The position numbers and the translations under genes were made by a program. Shown piece after piece: positions 24,700-38,165 of a DNA stretch of 64,000 nt (positions within the stretch are counted from its first letter, which is position 1; every line of letters begins with the position of its first letter). This DNA is from Okamejei kenojei (Eukaryota): the NCBI GenBank assembly GCA_035221665.1, contig CM069134.1:32240001-32304000 (forward strand), read 5' to 3'. The notes beneath the pieces were generated by a model. That model made no database searches. It saw only the letters and a list, made by a program, of their open reading frames with translations, and was not told where the DNA came from.

Positions 24700-25310
24700 C
24701 AAATGTGCTGGAGAAACTCAGAGGGTGCAGCAGCATCTATGGAGCGAAGGAAATAGGCCAAAATCCTTCTTCAGACTGATGTAGGGTGGGGGGGTGAAGA
24801 AAGAAGAAAGGAAGAGGAGGAGCCAGAAGGCTGAGGGAGAGCTGAGAAGGGGAGGAGACAGCAAGGGCTACCGGAAATTGGAGGTCAATGTTTATGCCAC
24901 CAGGGTGCAAGCTGCCCAAGTGGAATATGAGGTGCTGCTCCTCCAATTTCCGTTGGTGCTCACTCTGGAGAAGGCCCAGGACATAAAGGTCGGATTCGGA
25001 ATGGGAGGGGGAGTTGAAGTGCTGAGCCACAGGGAGACCAAGTTGGTTAATGCAGCCCGAGCGGAGGTGTTCGGCGAAACGATTGCCAAGCCTTGGTCTC
25101 ACCGATGTAGATCAGCTGACATCTAGAGCAGAGGATGCAGTAGATGAGGTTGGAGGAGATGCAGGTGAACCTTTGTCGCACCTGGAACGACTGCTTGGGT
25201 CCTTGAATGGAGTCGAGGGGGGAGGTAAAGCGACAAGTGTAGCATCTCTTGCGGTTGCAGGGGAAAGTGCCTGGGGAGTGGGTGGTGCGGGAGGGAAGGG
25301 AAGAATTGAA
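24700..25310 (-). mobile_element. Penelope-like element fragment (GIY-YIG endonuclease region plus terminal repeat)
   Basis: RLGNRFAEHLRS..LPVAQHFNSPSH..DL.VLGL..RKLEEQHLIFHLGSLHPGGINID is the typical PLE GIY-YIG C-terminus. Confidence 0.85.
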
Positions 25311-27819
25311 CTGGTTAATGCAGCAAAAATAGACGCAAAATGTTGCAGTAATTCAGCAAGTCAGGCAGCATCTCTGGAGAAAAAGAATATGTGACGTTTC
25401 AGGTAGAGACCCTTCTTCAGATTGAACCGTTCTGGAGATGGGCTTTGACTCGAAACATCACGTATTCCTTTTCTCCAGAGATACTCACTGACCCGCTGAG
25501 TTATTCCAGCACTTTGTGTCTATCTTCAGTATACACCAGCATCGGAATGAACAAATTAATTAATTGATTGATTGATGCGTTTATTGGACTAGTATGTACA
25601 CATACAAGGAATTTGCCTTGGTGCTCTGCTCGCAAGTAACAACACGACATACAGTAGACAATTAATAATAAAACATTAAGAATAAAATATTATAGTTTAA
25701 ACATGGAATGAAATAAAATACCAGATCAAAAGGAGGCTATAGACTTATGGTTATTGAGTAAAGCTACTGCTCGTGGAAAAAAGCTCTTTTTATGTCTGGC
25801 TGTAGCGGCTTTGACAGGCCTTCTTTCACAGGTTAATGCAGCAAATGGATTTCATGCATATAAATCTGATGTTAAAAAGACGCAACCAATATTTTTCTAA
25901 CTGGTGAAAAACGGAGAAAGGGAGGTCTGACGACTTCCACATGGATCATTAACTCGACATGGATGCAAGAAAATATATCCAGAGGTCTCGTGTTATATCA
26001 CGAGAAGAATATAATCATAGTGGAGGTTTTGCTGCAGTGAAGATTAAAAGCAGCCGTTCTGGGCACCACACTGGAAAGGATCGAATGACCTTGAAAGGAA
26101 TGCATCTTAGATTGTCATCAATGATTACATCACAAGGTGGAATCACACAAACATTCCCTGGAGCTAAGAAAGTCGGATCAGAGTTTACAAAACATTGGAA
26201 CAGATCTTTCTCTAATCCACAAGCTGTTACTGACTGCCCTTGGGACCAAGCTAGAAGGAAGAGTATGGCTCAGGAGCAGTGTTCTATGGAGAGAACAGCA
26301 GGGAGCAGAGGGCAAGGCACAGTGCACAGCCTGGCCGATGGTAAGCATTTGCCTGTGCTTGTTCCAAGACTGGCTGCAATAAAGAATGCAAATCAGAGAC
26401 AGGAGAAAAATGTGGCAGCAGGAACAAATGATAATAAAGGAGAAAAAAAGGCCAACGGCTTCAATAGCTTTGTCTTTGTCCTTGATCAAAAAAATACGGT
26501 AGTAAGCTCGTGAAAAACAAAAGGGCTGCAGGAGCTTCCAGACTAATGTCAAAAGCATTAGAAAAAGGAGAACATGGGTTCTTTATGCATAGAAACAGGA
26601 GACCCTAATGAGAAAAAAAGCAAACTGACTGAATTAAACATGTCCTTGCTGTTTGTCTTTACTATAGATACAAAAAGCCTCTGAGATATAATAAAGAACT
26701 GAGGAAATAAAAGTATTGCATTTGAGAAGAAATTCTGCCTGAAGTTAATATCTAAATATTGAGAGGATCCTAGATATCAATAAGTCTATCACAGGTACTG
26801 ATCCCCTCACCATCAAATGGTCTAAAAGGCAGTCAATATCACCAAAGATCCACACCACCCTAGCCACGCTCTCATTCCACTTCTATCATTGTGAAGAAGA
26901 TACATGAGCATGAAAACCGTGATTACCAGGTTCAAGAACAGTTTCTTGGTTCAATTACCTTAGTTTATTGTCACGTGTACCGAGGTACTGTGAAAAGCTA
27001 ATCAGTCAGCGGAAAACCTATACATGATTACAATCGAGCCACCTACCACGTACAAATACATGATAAAGGGAATAACGCTCAGTGCACGATAATGTCCAGT
27101 AAAGTCCGATTAAAGGTAGTCCGAGGGTCACCAATGAGGTTGATAGTAGCTCAGGACTGCTCTCAAGTTGTTGATAGGTTGGTTCAGTTGCCTGACAACA
27201 GGGAAATTCTTCCCAGCAACCATCAGGCTCTTGAACACCTCACAACATTAACCTCAGCAACAATGATCTTTTACAGACATTATCTTTGGTTATACTATGG
27301 ACTTAAATTTTGCAGTATTATAGTCACCTAGTATTATGGTTAGTTATTTGTATTTTTGATTATTATATATTTATCTGTGTGTTATTGCACATGGGTCTGT
27401 TAAGCTACAGCAGGTAAAAATGTCATTGTTCCCTTGTAGTATGTAACAATGAAACGCTCTTGCCTACTGGACCTGATGATTTAAGTCTAATTTGAAAGAG
27501 GTGATAGTAGAGAAAATTAACACACGTTAACAACTTGCAAAGTTCTGCTGGTTCAGGAAATGGTTCGGGGCAGAGTGGAGCAAAAAGAAAAAGTGGCCAA
27601 ACTGTTTAATGAAGGAGAGAGAGAAAACACGGAATTACCTACTTGGTCTTGTATTGGTCACCTGGAAAACGTATAATGAAGAAAGAGATATCAAGACTGG
27701 ATTGAACAGAGTCAATGCAAATTTATTTAAAGCAGGGAGGGGCCTCTAAACTTTTCAGCATGAGGACCACATTTTATATTTGGCACATTTTTGTGGGCCG
27801 TAGGGAAAAAAAAGAAATG

Positions 27820-28040
27820 TCACACATACACACACAGTGACATATACACACACACACACACACACAGAAACGCACCGTGGACTCCCATATACAGAATCAC
27901 ACACAGACACATAGACCCACACACACACAAACACACAGGGCCTCTTACACTCTCTCTCACACGCACTGTGATCACCCCTCAGGCATATTAACATAGACAC
28001 ACACATAATGCTCACCCATCGGGCACATGCACACACACAG
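27820..28040. repeat. Degenerate (CA)n tract, preceded by a possible hAT-like left end at about 27733
   Basis: CA-rich sequence; cagggagg..ctaaacttttcagcatgaggaccac just upstream. Confidence 0.7.
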
Positions 28041-28564
28041 TCGGCTACCGATCCACCGATCTCCGCAGGGCTGGCGATAGAAAGAGGGGGGGAGGAAGAG
28101 AGGGGGGGGGGGGAAGAGAGAGTTGGCGGAGACCAGGACAAAGGGTCCAGGTCAGACATTACCTTGGTGAATGGTGGAGCAGGTGAAATGGCTGACTCTG
28201 GCTCCTAGTTCAACGTTAAGAGGGTAATATCAACATCTATCACAGTGTTAAAATCTTCACCTTCCATCAATATTGAGTAGCATACTTAGTGGAACACACA
28301 ATTTTATTTTTGCCACAGATCCAGAGCTTGTGAACCTCTTCAGAATCACAAACATTACGTCCATCTGTCAGAAGCAGACAATCTCACTGAGCTACTCTAG
28401 TGGGGTGGAAGATTGCAACCTTCACGTGGTCTTTCCTGTTTCGACTAATGCAATCAACTCAACATGCACAAATGGAAGATCAAATAGAACAAGTTGTCCG
28501 ACAACTTTAGGCTGTGCACGCCACATGAAAGAAGAAGAAGCTACTCTAGTGTTTATTTATTAAG

Positions 28565-29065
28565 CTAGACCAAGTGGGACCCGTTGGGTCCCTATCACAC
28601 GGGAGGCCTGGTCCCCCAACGCAACCTGTTCCCCCAATGCAATATTCCACCACTCACCCATAGGCTCCAACTGTGCAGGGGCGGCTCATTTCCCCTTATT
28701 CACCCCTCCCTCATTTTAAACTTTAAAAAAAATGCTGACAGAAAAAACTATTGGATTTCACTTGCTGCCAGGACTCAGTGTCCTGTGATTGCAACATTGT
28801 TGCGGGCAGAACCAGCAAGCATTTGGATTTTTGACACTGAGAAGTTGTGAAAAGTAATTTTTTTACAGTTTTAAATGTGAATAACGTAAAATTTACTATC
28901 AATCTGAACGAAAATTAACACACCATACCACAGGATGGTAAGGTGGTCCAAATATTGTAGCGCTATTGTGTACAGTTTCGGCGTAATTCCAGGCATGAAT
29001 CGCAAGCGCGCGCGCGCACACACACACACACACACACAGAGTTTTAGTAATGTAATAATATAGAT
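28565..29065. mobile_element. Helitron/Helentron-like non-autonomous element
   Basis: CTAG terminus followed by hairpin GGGACCC-GTT-GGGTCCC (28576-28592); internal (CG)n(CA)n; other end ttttagtaa..atatagat; no TSD seen. Confidence 0.55.
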
Positions 29066-30149
29066 GCTGCCTGGAATAGCAGAGTCATTAGCTACAAAGA
29101 GAGATTGGAGAAACTTGGATTGTTTTCTCTGGAGGGTTGGATGCTGAGGAGAGACCCGTTTGAAGTATATAAAGTTATGGAAGGAGTAGATAATGTCGAG
29201 TCAGAATATTCCCCACCTCAGAGTGAAAATGCCTAAAACTAGACAGCGTTGCTATAGGGTCAGATGGGCAAAGTTTAAAGGAGATTTGCAGGGCGTTATT
29301 TATTTTTTTTAAAGCAGGAGGTGGTGGGTTGCCAGGAACATACTGCTAGATGTGGTGGTGATGGAGGCAAATACGATATGGATCACGTGCAGGCAGATCT
29401 TGGCATCACAGACAGATTGTGGGCCAAAGGGTCTGTTCCTGTGCTGTACTGTTCTGCTTCTCTATAAAACAAAGCTTCTCTAATCTCTCTGGTAAAGTAG
29501 AATATAAAATAAATTGCAAATGCCAGAAGTATGGAATTCAACAGAAAAATCAGGATGTTTGCATAATGAATCCCATTTTAAACTCTGCAGCAAACTGATT
29601 ATCAAAATTAAAACATTATCCTTCCAGCCACGGAGAAAAGCAGATCATAGATTTAATGCTTAACGTTAATGATACATAATTCACGGTAACTAATCAGGAC
29701 TTGCTTGGCCTTTAATTGATTGCCTAATTAAACTCCTGATTAAATCTGAAAGATGTTCAGTAGAAATCATGTTGTATTAACTTTAAGATAGAATCCATTT
29801 CTGGATTTCACACCCCAGTGAATGTTGTAATCCAACAGTTCGTCTAATTGTTATGCAGGCATTCTATTCCCAGTTACATAAAGGTTGTATTAATGATTGA
29901 TTTAGGCCAGTCACAGTGAATGAATGGGACTACTATACATGGACCAGGTAACCTCAGCAAACAGATTTGCCAGCTGGGAAGTCTAATTAATTCCTTTAGA
30001 CTGTAAGAGTCAGTATAGCATAGGCCAGGACTTAACTGGAGGAGGGAGACTGCACTTCACCCCTTCTTGGAAAGCCTAACCTTTTGCCCAATTAGGTTTT
30101 CAGAAACTGTCAGTGTTGAAGTGAGGAGACTCTGTATTCAATTGCTTAA

Positions 30150-30450
30150 AGGGTGACACGGTGGTGCAGCAGTAGAGTTGCTGCCTTACAGCGCCAGAGA
30201 CCTGGGTTCGATCCTGGCTATGGGTCTGACTGCAGAGTTTGCACGTTCTCCCTGTGACCACGTAGGTTTTCTCCGGGCACTCCGGTTTCCTCCCACGTTC
30301 AAAAGATGTGTACATCTGTAGGTTTATAGACATCTGCAAATTGTCCCTAGTGTGCAGGATAGAACTGGTGCACAGGTGATCATTGGTCAGCATGCATTTG
30401 GTAGGCTGAAGGGCCTGATCCCATGCTGTATCTCCAAACTAAACTAAACT
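30150..30450 (+). mobile_element. tRNA-derived V-SINE
   Basis: Same consensus with (aaact)n tail; a 5'-truncated copy follows at about 30730-30950. Confidence 0.88.
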
Positions 30451-32029
30451 GCAGAGGCTTTATAAGATTTTAATTAAAACTGGCAACAATCTCATCTTTA
30501 ATCACTGATAGTGGAACTCATGCAAGCACTTGCAACATGAGACTAAATGCAACTGTCACTATTGAGGATTAATTGACCCAGATATGCTAGTCTTTCATGT
30601 GTTTGTGTGGGAGCTTGCTGAGAAATGAGAAATACTCCAAATCATCACACGTTGAATTGCCAGCCCAAGAGCAGATGAGGAATATCTTAGCTGAAAGAGT
30701 TACATAAACAACGGCCTAATCATTCATAATGTCGGTATGGAGTTTACACGTTCTCTCCGTGACCGCGTGGGTTTCCTCCGGGTGCTCCAGTTTCCTCCCA
30801 CCGTCCAAAGACACCTGGGATTGTAGGTTAGTTGGCCTCTGTAAATTGTTCAGAGTGTGTGGGGAGTGGGGTAGCAATGAACTAGTGCAAATGGGTGATC
30901 TATGGTCAGGCTGGACACGCTGGGCCACAGGGTCTGTTTCCATGCTGCATCTTCATGTCAATCAATATCTAGCCATTCCAGAGTTGTTAAGACAGATACA
31001 CTCTGTTGCTCTGGATCAAAATTAACTTCCCAGGCAATAACCAGGTGGTCATCAGTCTGACCTGCTCAGTTACTCCAGCTCTTTGTACCCTAGCAGGTGG
31101 TTTTCATCTCTTTCTAATAGTGGGTTGTCATTAGCTTAGAGATCGCGGCATCCTTTCTTAGATAACGTGTTCATGGTGTCCACACATCTTGAATTGTTGG
31201 GGTTTAGTCATCAATCATTAGAGCAGAGAACAGGCTCCAGTGGTATGCATAGTACCACAGTAGAAAGAAGACCAGGTGAGACCTGGCCCCATTGTATCAA
31301 TCAACAAACAGTAGATAAAATGTCACGGAAATGGGGGCTGCACAAAGAAAAAGTGTATACCATCAGTTCTCAGGAACATTTACCAACAAATAAATCGATC
31401 ACACACACTGCAGCTTCAACAGAAATGCAAAGCTATTTGATGAGGGGCAATTTTATCTAAAATTTGGAATGCACAGCCGAAGTGGGTGGTAGAGGCAGAG
31501 GCTCTCACGTCTAGATGGGCACATGTATTGCTAGGACATAGAAGTGACGGTAAATGGGATTGGTATAGATGGGTCAACAATCAGCATAGACAGGGTGGGC
31601 TGATCATCTGACTAAAATGGTACACATTTAAAGGTGGTGCAGGAAAAGGGATGAAGGCTGCACAATAATTTGAAGGCAGTAGAATAAAGAGTCACAGGTT
31701 AGCATAACTCCTTCGCTCTTTCATAAGAGCGAAGGAGTTATGCTAACCCTTATAAAATGACAGACCCTTCAGCGGTCAGTTTTGGCATCCTACATTAATA
31801 TGATCGAGGAGTACAAACCAGTTATCCAAATGGCACCATGATGAAAAATCATTTAATGTAACCGGCCTAAAGAATCAGTGCAGTTTCCTGAGAATAGAGA
31901 AGTTAAGATGAGATTTGAAGGAAGGGCTTCCTTCTGATAGAATAAACCAAGTGAAATAAATTTCCACTGGTTTAAGAGCTGATAGCTACGGGAACAGCTA
32001 CATGGCAAAAGGACACAAACTGAGCTGAA

Positions 32030-32640
32030 CAGCAGATGCAATAGATGAGGTTGGAGGAGGTGTGAGTGAACATCTGCCTCAACTAGATAGACTGTCGGGG
32101 TCCTTGGATGGAATCGAGGGGGGAGGTAAAGGGACAGGTGTTGCATCTCCTGTGGCTGCTGGGGAAAGTACCTGTTGAGGGGGCGGATTGGGTGGGAAAG
32201 GACGAGTTGACCAGGGTGTTGTGGAGGGAACGGTCTCTGTGGAAATCAGAAAGGGGTGGAGATGGGAAGATGTGACTAGTGGTGGGATTCCGTTGGAGGT
32301 GGCGAAAATGTTGGAGGATTATATGCTGTATGCGACGGCTGATGGTGTGGAAGACGAGGACAAGGGAGACTATGTCCTTGTAACGAATAGGAGGAACGGG
32401 AACAAGAGCGGAGCTGCGGGATATCGAGGAGACCCTAGTGAGAGCCTCATCTATAATGGCAGAGGGGAACCCCAGTTTCCTAAAGAATGAGGACATCTCC
32501 GATGACCTGGTATGGAAAACCTCATCCTGGGCGTAGATGCGATGTAGATGGAGGAATTGGGAGTTGGGGATAGACTCTTTACAGGAAACAGGGTGGGAAG
32601 AAGTGTAGTTTAGATAGCTATGGGAGTCAGTGGGTTTGTA
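32030..32640 (-). mobile_element. Penelope-like element fragment (RT thumb and Cys linker)
   Basis: MSSFFRKLGFPSAII..LVLVFH..FHRDRSLHNTLVNS..GTFP..RRCNTCPFTS; homologous to 25130-25300. Confidence 0.8.
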
Positions 32641-33543
32641 AATGTGTTCAGGGCTGCAAGGATACGGGGGAGTGGGAAGACTTTGCTTTGGTGAGGTTTA
32701 GCAGAATGCTGCCTGGATAGTGGGTCTCTGCTACAAGAAGTAGCTGGGTAGACTTGTAACATCAGGGGTTAAGGGGAGACTTGATAGAGGGCAGAGCTAT
32801 TAATTGAGAGGGGAGGGCGTTTATTGGAGATGTACTGGCAAGTTTTGTTTTTACACAGAGTAATGGGGGACTGCAGTGGTGCTGGGGCAGATTTGATTGT
32901 GGCATTTAAGGGGGTTTTAGATAGACACAAGTAAGTGCAGGGAATAGAGGGATATGGATGAGCAGGCAGGCGAGACCAGTTTAACTCAGCATCATGTTTG
33001 GCACAAACATTGTGGGCTGAGGGGCCCGTTCATGTACTGTTCGATGTTCTATGATTAGGCTACTCTTTGAATGAGACTGCATGGATATGAAGGACAGATA
33101 GGCATCCTTGCCGTATTATTCTACAGCTTAAAAATCGTTGACCCAGTGTGCTCAGGTTTCCATGTGTGGATAAGCTGAATGCTTGACCATTAACTGATCA
33201 CCTTTTGTCACCTCAACATTATAGCACCAGACCCTCAATAAAACCTGGCAGAGACGAGGTTCAATGTTTGTGTTTAGAAATGTGGCGTCATACAAGCCTT
33301 GCCATATTACGGCACTGATGCCAAATTTGGAACAGTCTCGGGCCTCACTGAAGCATGTTCACCACGGTGAATTTGGGCCGGAATTTTTTTTAACTCAATA
33401 TCCCAACAACATTATCGTGAAATCACAAGAAAACTTTAAATCATACAAATGTATGTTCATATTTGTGAATAATGCTCCAGTAAGGAGTTTTCAATTTACA
33501 ATCTGTTTTATTAGCTTAACAATTGAACATGCAACATACTTAC

Positions 33544-34046
33544 TTTGATGCTGCATAATAAAATGTACCAAACCATATGCTGGATGTCAACAAATGCACT
33601 GGGATCACGACTTTTCCGTACTGTTTGAATGTCTTTTGGAAACGCTGGAAGAGACCAATGGAATGGTCTTGGAGAGGATCCTTTTCTACATCTACCACCT
33701 CTGGGTTTACTTTTGTCTCGGAAAAGTATTTTTTTTGGACCGTGTCAGACAAGGTGTCTTGATCTGGGTCACTACTTGGTAAAAACTTGGGGTCTTCCGG
33801 CTTGGCGTCGTCTGACTTGGCTTTGGCAGTGTCCTTCTGGTCCGTGGTTGCTGATTCCACTTGGGATTCTGGCCTCCTCTGTTCTAACGCAGAAACTGAG
33901 CAGGATGTGTGTACGAGTTGTCCCGGGTGAGGGAGAAGAAACGGCGTCTTCCCACACGTGGCTAGAAATATGCGAGCGGCACAGTGTCGGACATTACAGA
34001 CTTGCTTCGTGTGCCAAAGAACATTTTGGAGGAAGTAGCTCTGCAT
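33544..34046 (-). CDS. FAM210A: FAM210A first coding exon (probable mitochondrial presequence plus start of DUF1279)
   Basis: ATG at 34046; ends DPLQDHSIGLFQRFQKTFKQYGKVVIPVHLLTSSIWFGTFYYAASK with donor aa|gtaagt at 33544/33543. The exon acceptor (ttcctcccccccccag) places the exon start at 34091. Confidence 0.93.
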
Positions 34047-35321
34047 TTTTAAGTTTCCAGTCTGATAACTGCTAGTCTAATAATGGAAGAACTGGGGGGG
34101 GAGGAAAAAAAAATCACGTGTTACAAAACATGTTCAGTCAGATTACTAATGGCTTTTCCAGTCACTGTACACTTGGTACTCCACTTTTCAGTAAAAACAT
34201 GCTTGAGGTTATATTTCATTTTCAACGTAGTAAAGCAAAACCTTTCAGCCTCTTCTACTTGAAGGAGATCGTGAACAGTCACATGGGTCTTTCAGTACTA
34301 CCAACATAATGAAGTTATAAATCATTAATAATGCTTGTAAAGAAAATGCCCTCTAATTTTATACTTACTTTCTGTCAATACAACCTTTAAGTCGAGGCAA
34401 GTGTTTAATTGTCTTATGTACCAAAAATGGAACAATGAAACTCTCACTTGCAGCAGCACAACAGGTCTGTAAACACAGTACTCTAAACACAATAAGACAA
34501 AAAAAGTTCAATAAATTTCAAAAAGGATGTCCAAATTTAACATCCAAATATACTGCCAATGAATTATCCTGAAGTGCGATCATTGTTTCATGGGAGATTG
34601 TGTCAGCCATTTATGCTTCACTTGGTCTCAAGTAGCAGCAATCAGTTCTTCCATTATTTTTAGATGATATTTCATCTGTGAGATTGAACTTCAGAGAATA
34701 TTTTCTCAACAATGCAGAAGTTCCTTTCAAATTGATCCACTTGACATGGTTAGCAAGGCAAGATTGATAATATGTAGGACTTGAGAGCCATTTACAAGAA
34801 ATATGTTCTACTTTAGCAAACTAGTACTTTTCAATCAAAAGTTGCCATGGATTTATTTTATACTCTGAACTTTTTTCTGTGGTTTATTCTGGGATTACAG
34901 AGTAATAATTTGACATATCTGTTGTGCAGCTGCAAGTATTTCATTGTTCCATTTCAGGAGACATGACAATAAACACACTTGACCTCTCTTTAATGCTATT
35001 TGTATCCATTTCAGCCTCACTCTGCTGTGTTGCCCTTATCTACACTTAGTTTCTTCTCTCAGATCTCCCTTTCCCCCCTCACCATTTCCCACCTTGCTTT
35101 TGACAGTTATTTGTAAGTTTGGGTGGATATATGGATAGGAATGGTTTATAGGGAAAGGAGCAAAATACAAGCAAATGTGACCGCCTCAGGTTGGCAACTT
35201 GGTTAGCATGGATGAGCTGGGTAGGCCTGTCTCTATGTTGCATAAATCTGACTCTAATTTCTCTTCATTTGGGAATTGTTACATTAAAATGGCTGATTAT
35301 GCAAGTAGAGTTATATAGCAC

Positions 35322-38165
35322 AAATAGACTATAGGTGCAGGAGTAGGCCATTCGGCTCTTCAAGCCAGCACCACCATTCAATGTGATCATGGCTGATCAT
35401 CCCCAATCAGTACCCCGTTCCTGCCTTCTCCCCATATCCCCTGACTCTGCTATCTTTAAGAGCCCTATCTAGCTCTCTCTTGAAAGTATCCAGAGAACCG
35501 GCCTCCACCACTATCGGAGGCAGATAATTCAACAGACTCACAACTCTCTGGTGATAAAGTGTTTCCTCATCTCCATTCTAAATGGCTTACCCCTTATTCT
35601 TAAACTGTGGCCCCTGGTACTGGACTCTCCCAACATCAGGAACATGTTTCCTGCCTCTAGCATGTCTAAACCCTTAATAATTCTATATGTTTCAATAAGA
35701 TTCCCTCTCATCCTTCTAACCTCCAGAGTATACAAGCCCAGCCACTCCATTCTCTCAGCATATGACAGACCCGCCATCCTGGGAATTAACCTTGTGAGCC
35801 TACGCTGCACTCCCTCAATAGCAAGAATGTCCTTCCTCAAATTAGGGGACCAAAACTGCACACAATACTCCAGGTGTGGTCTCACTAGGGCCCTGTACAA
35901 CTGCAGAAGGACTTATTTGCTCCTATACACAACTCCTCTTGTTGTGAAACCAGCATCCATCACTGCCTGCTGTACCTGCATGCTTACTTTCATTGGCTGA
36001 TGAACAAGGACCCCCAGATCCCCTTTTCACAACTTGACACCATTTAGATAATAATCTGCCTTCCTGTTTTTGCTACCAAAGTGGATAACCTCACATCTAC
36101 CCACATTTAACTGCATCTGCCATGCATCTGCCAACTCACCCTGCATTTTCATAGCATCCTCCTCACAGTTCACACTGCCACCCAGCTTTGTGTCATCTGC
36201 AAATTTGCTAATGTTACTTTGAATCCCTTCATCTAAATCATTGATGTAGATTGTAAATAGCTGCGGTCCCGGCACCGAGCCTTGCGGTACCCCACTAGTC
36301 ACTGCCTGCCATTCTGAAAGGGTCCCGTTAATCCTGTCGACCAACCAATTTTCTATCCATGTCAGCACTCTACCCCCAATACCATGTGCCCTAATTTTGC
36401 CCACTAATCTCCTATGTGGGACATTATCAAATGCTTTCTGAAAGTCCAGGTACACTACATCCATTGGCTCTCCCTTGTCTATTTTCCTAGTTACATCCTC
36501 AAAATATTCCAGAAGATGAGTCAAGCATGATTTCCCCATCGTAAATCCATACTGACTCGGACCAATCCTGTTACTGCTATCCAAATGTGCCGCTATTTCA
36601 CCTTTTATAATTGACTCCAGCATCTTCCCCACCACCGATGTCAGGCTAACTGGTCTGCAATTCCGTTTTCTCTCTCCTGCCTTCCTTAAAAAGTGGGATA
36701 ACATTAGGTACCCTCCAAGCCACCTGAATCTATAGAACATTGGAAAATGATCACCAATGCATCCACAATTTCTAGAGCCACTTCCTTAAGTACCCTGGGA
36801 TGCAGAACATCAGGCCCTGGGGATTTATCAGCCTTCAGTCCCATCTGTCTACCCAACACCATTTCCTGCCTAATTGGGATTTCCTTCAATTCCTCCGTCA
36901 CCTCAGATCCTCTGGCCACTAGTACATCAGGAAGATTGTTTGTGTCCTCCTTAGTGAAGACAGGTCCAAAGTACCTGTTCGACTCATCTGCCAGTTCCTT
37001 GTTCCCCATAATAAATTCACATTTTCAGTCTTCAAGGGTCCAACTTTGGTCTTAACTATTTTTTTTCCTCTTCACATACCCAACGAAGTTTTTACTGTCC
37101 TCCTTTATATTCTTGGCTAGCTTACCTTCGTACCTCATCTTTTCTCCCCATATTGCCTTTTTAGTTATCTTCTGTTGCTCTTTAAACATTACCCAATCCT
37201 CTGGCTTCCCGCTCATCTTTGCTATGTTGAACTTCTTCTCTTTTATTTTTATACTGTCCCTGACGTCCCTTGTCAGCCACGATCGCTCCTTACTCCCCTT
37301 GGAATCTTTCTTCCGCTTTGGAATGAACTGATCCTGCACCTTGTGTATTATTCCCAGAAATACCTGCCATTGTTGTTCCACTGTCATCCCTGCTTATGTA
37401 TCTTTACAGTCAACTTTGGCCAGCTCCTCCCTCATGGCTCCATAGTCCACTTTGTTCAACTGTAACACTGACACCACCGATTTACCTTTCTCCCTCTCCA
37501 ATTGTAGAATAAAACTTACCATATTATGGTCACTACCTCTTAATGGATCCTTAACCTCAAGTTCCCTTATCAAATCCGGTTCATTACACAACACTAAATC
37601 CAGAATTGCCTGCTCCCTGGTAGGCTCCAATACAAGCTGCTCTAAGAATCCATCACAGAGGCACTCCACAAACTCCAGTACCAACCTAATTTAGTTGGGA
37701 TCCAGTACCAACCTAATTTTCCCAGTCTACCTGCATGTTGAAATCTCCCATAACAACCGTAGCATTACCTTTACGACATGCCAATTTTAACTCTTGATTC
37801 AACTGGCACTCTATATCCAGGCTACTGTTGGGGGCCTGTAGATAAGTCCCATTAGGGTCTTTTTACCCTTACAATTCCTTAGTTCAATCAATACTGACTC
37901 CACATCTCCTGTTTCAATGTCACCCCTTGCAAGGGACTGAATATCATTCCTCACCAACAGCTACACCATCCCCTCTGCCCACCTGTCTGTCTTTTCGATA
38001 GGAAGTATATCCGTGCGTATTCAGTTCCCAGCCCATGCCCTCTTGCAGCCATGTCTCTGTAATTTCCACAACATCATACTTGCCAATTTCTAACTGAGCC
38101 TCAAGCTCGTCCACTTTATTTCTTATACTTCGCACATTCATATACAACACTTTGACTTCGGTATT
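35322..38165 (-). mobile_element. CR1-clade LINE, near-complete but degraded ORF2 (APE endonuclease plus RT) with 3' tail
   Basis: Fragments KVLYMNVRSIRNK..DVVEITETWL, AILDLVL, GSDHN, KSPGPD..HPRVLKE, YLDFQKAFD, GVPQGSV.GP.LF.IYINDL, KFADDTKL and LVRPHLEYCVQFWSP are spread over several broken frames. Confidence 0.93.

Noticed and set aside
25959-26513. 184-aa ORF
   Set aside because: No recognisable domain; it lies in a FAM210A intron among what look like degraded LINE remnants, so it is probably a chance frame.
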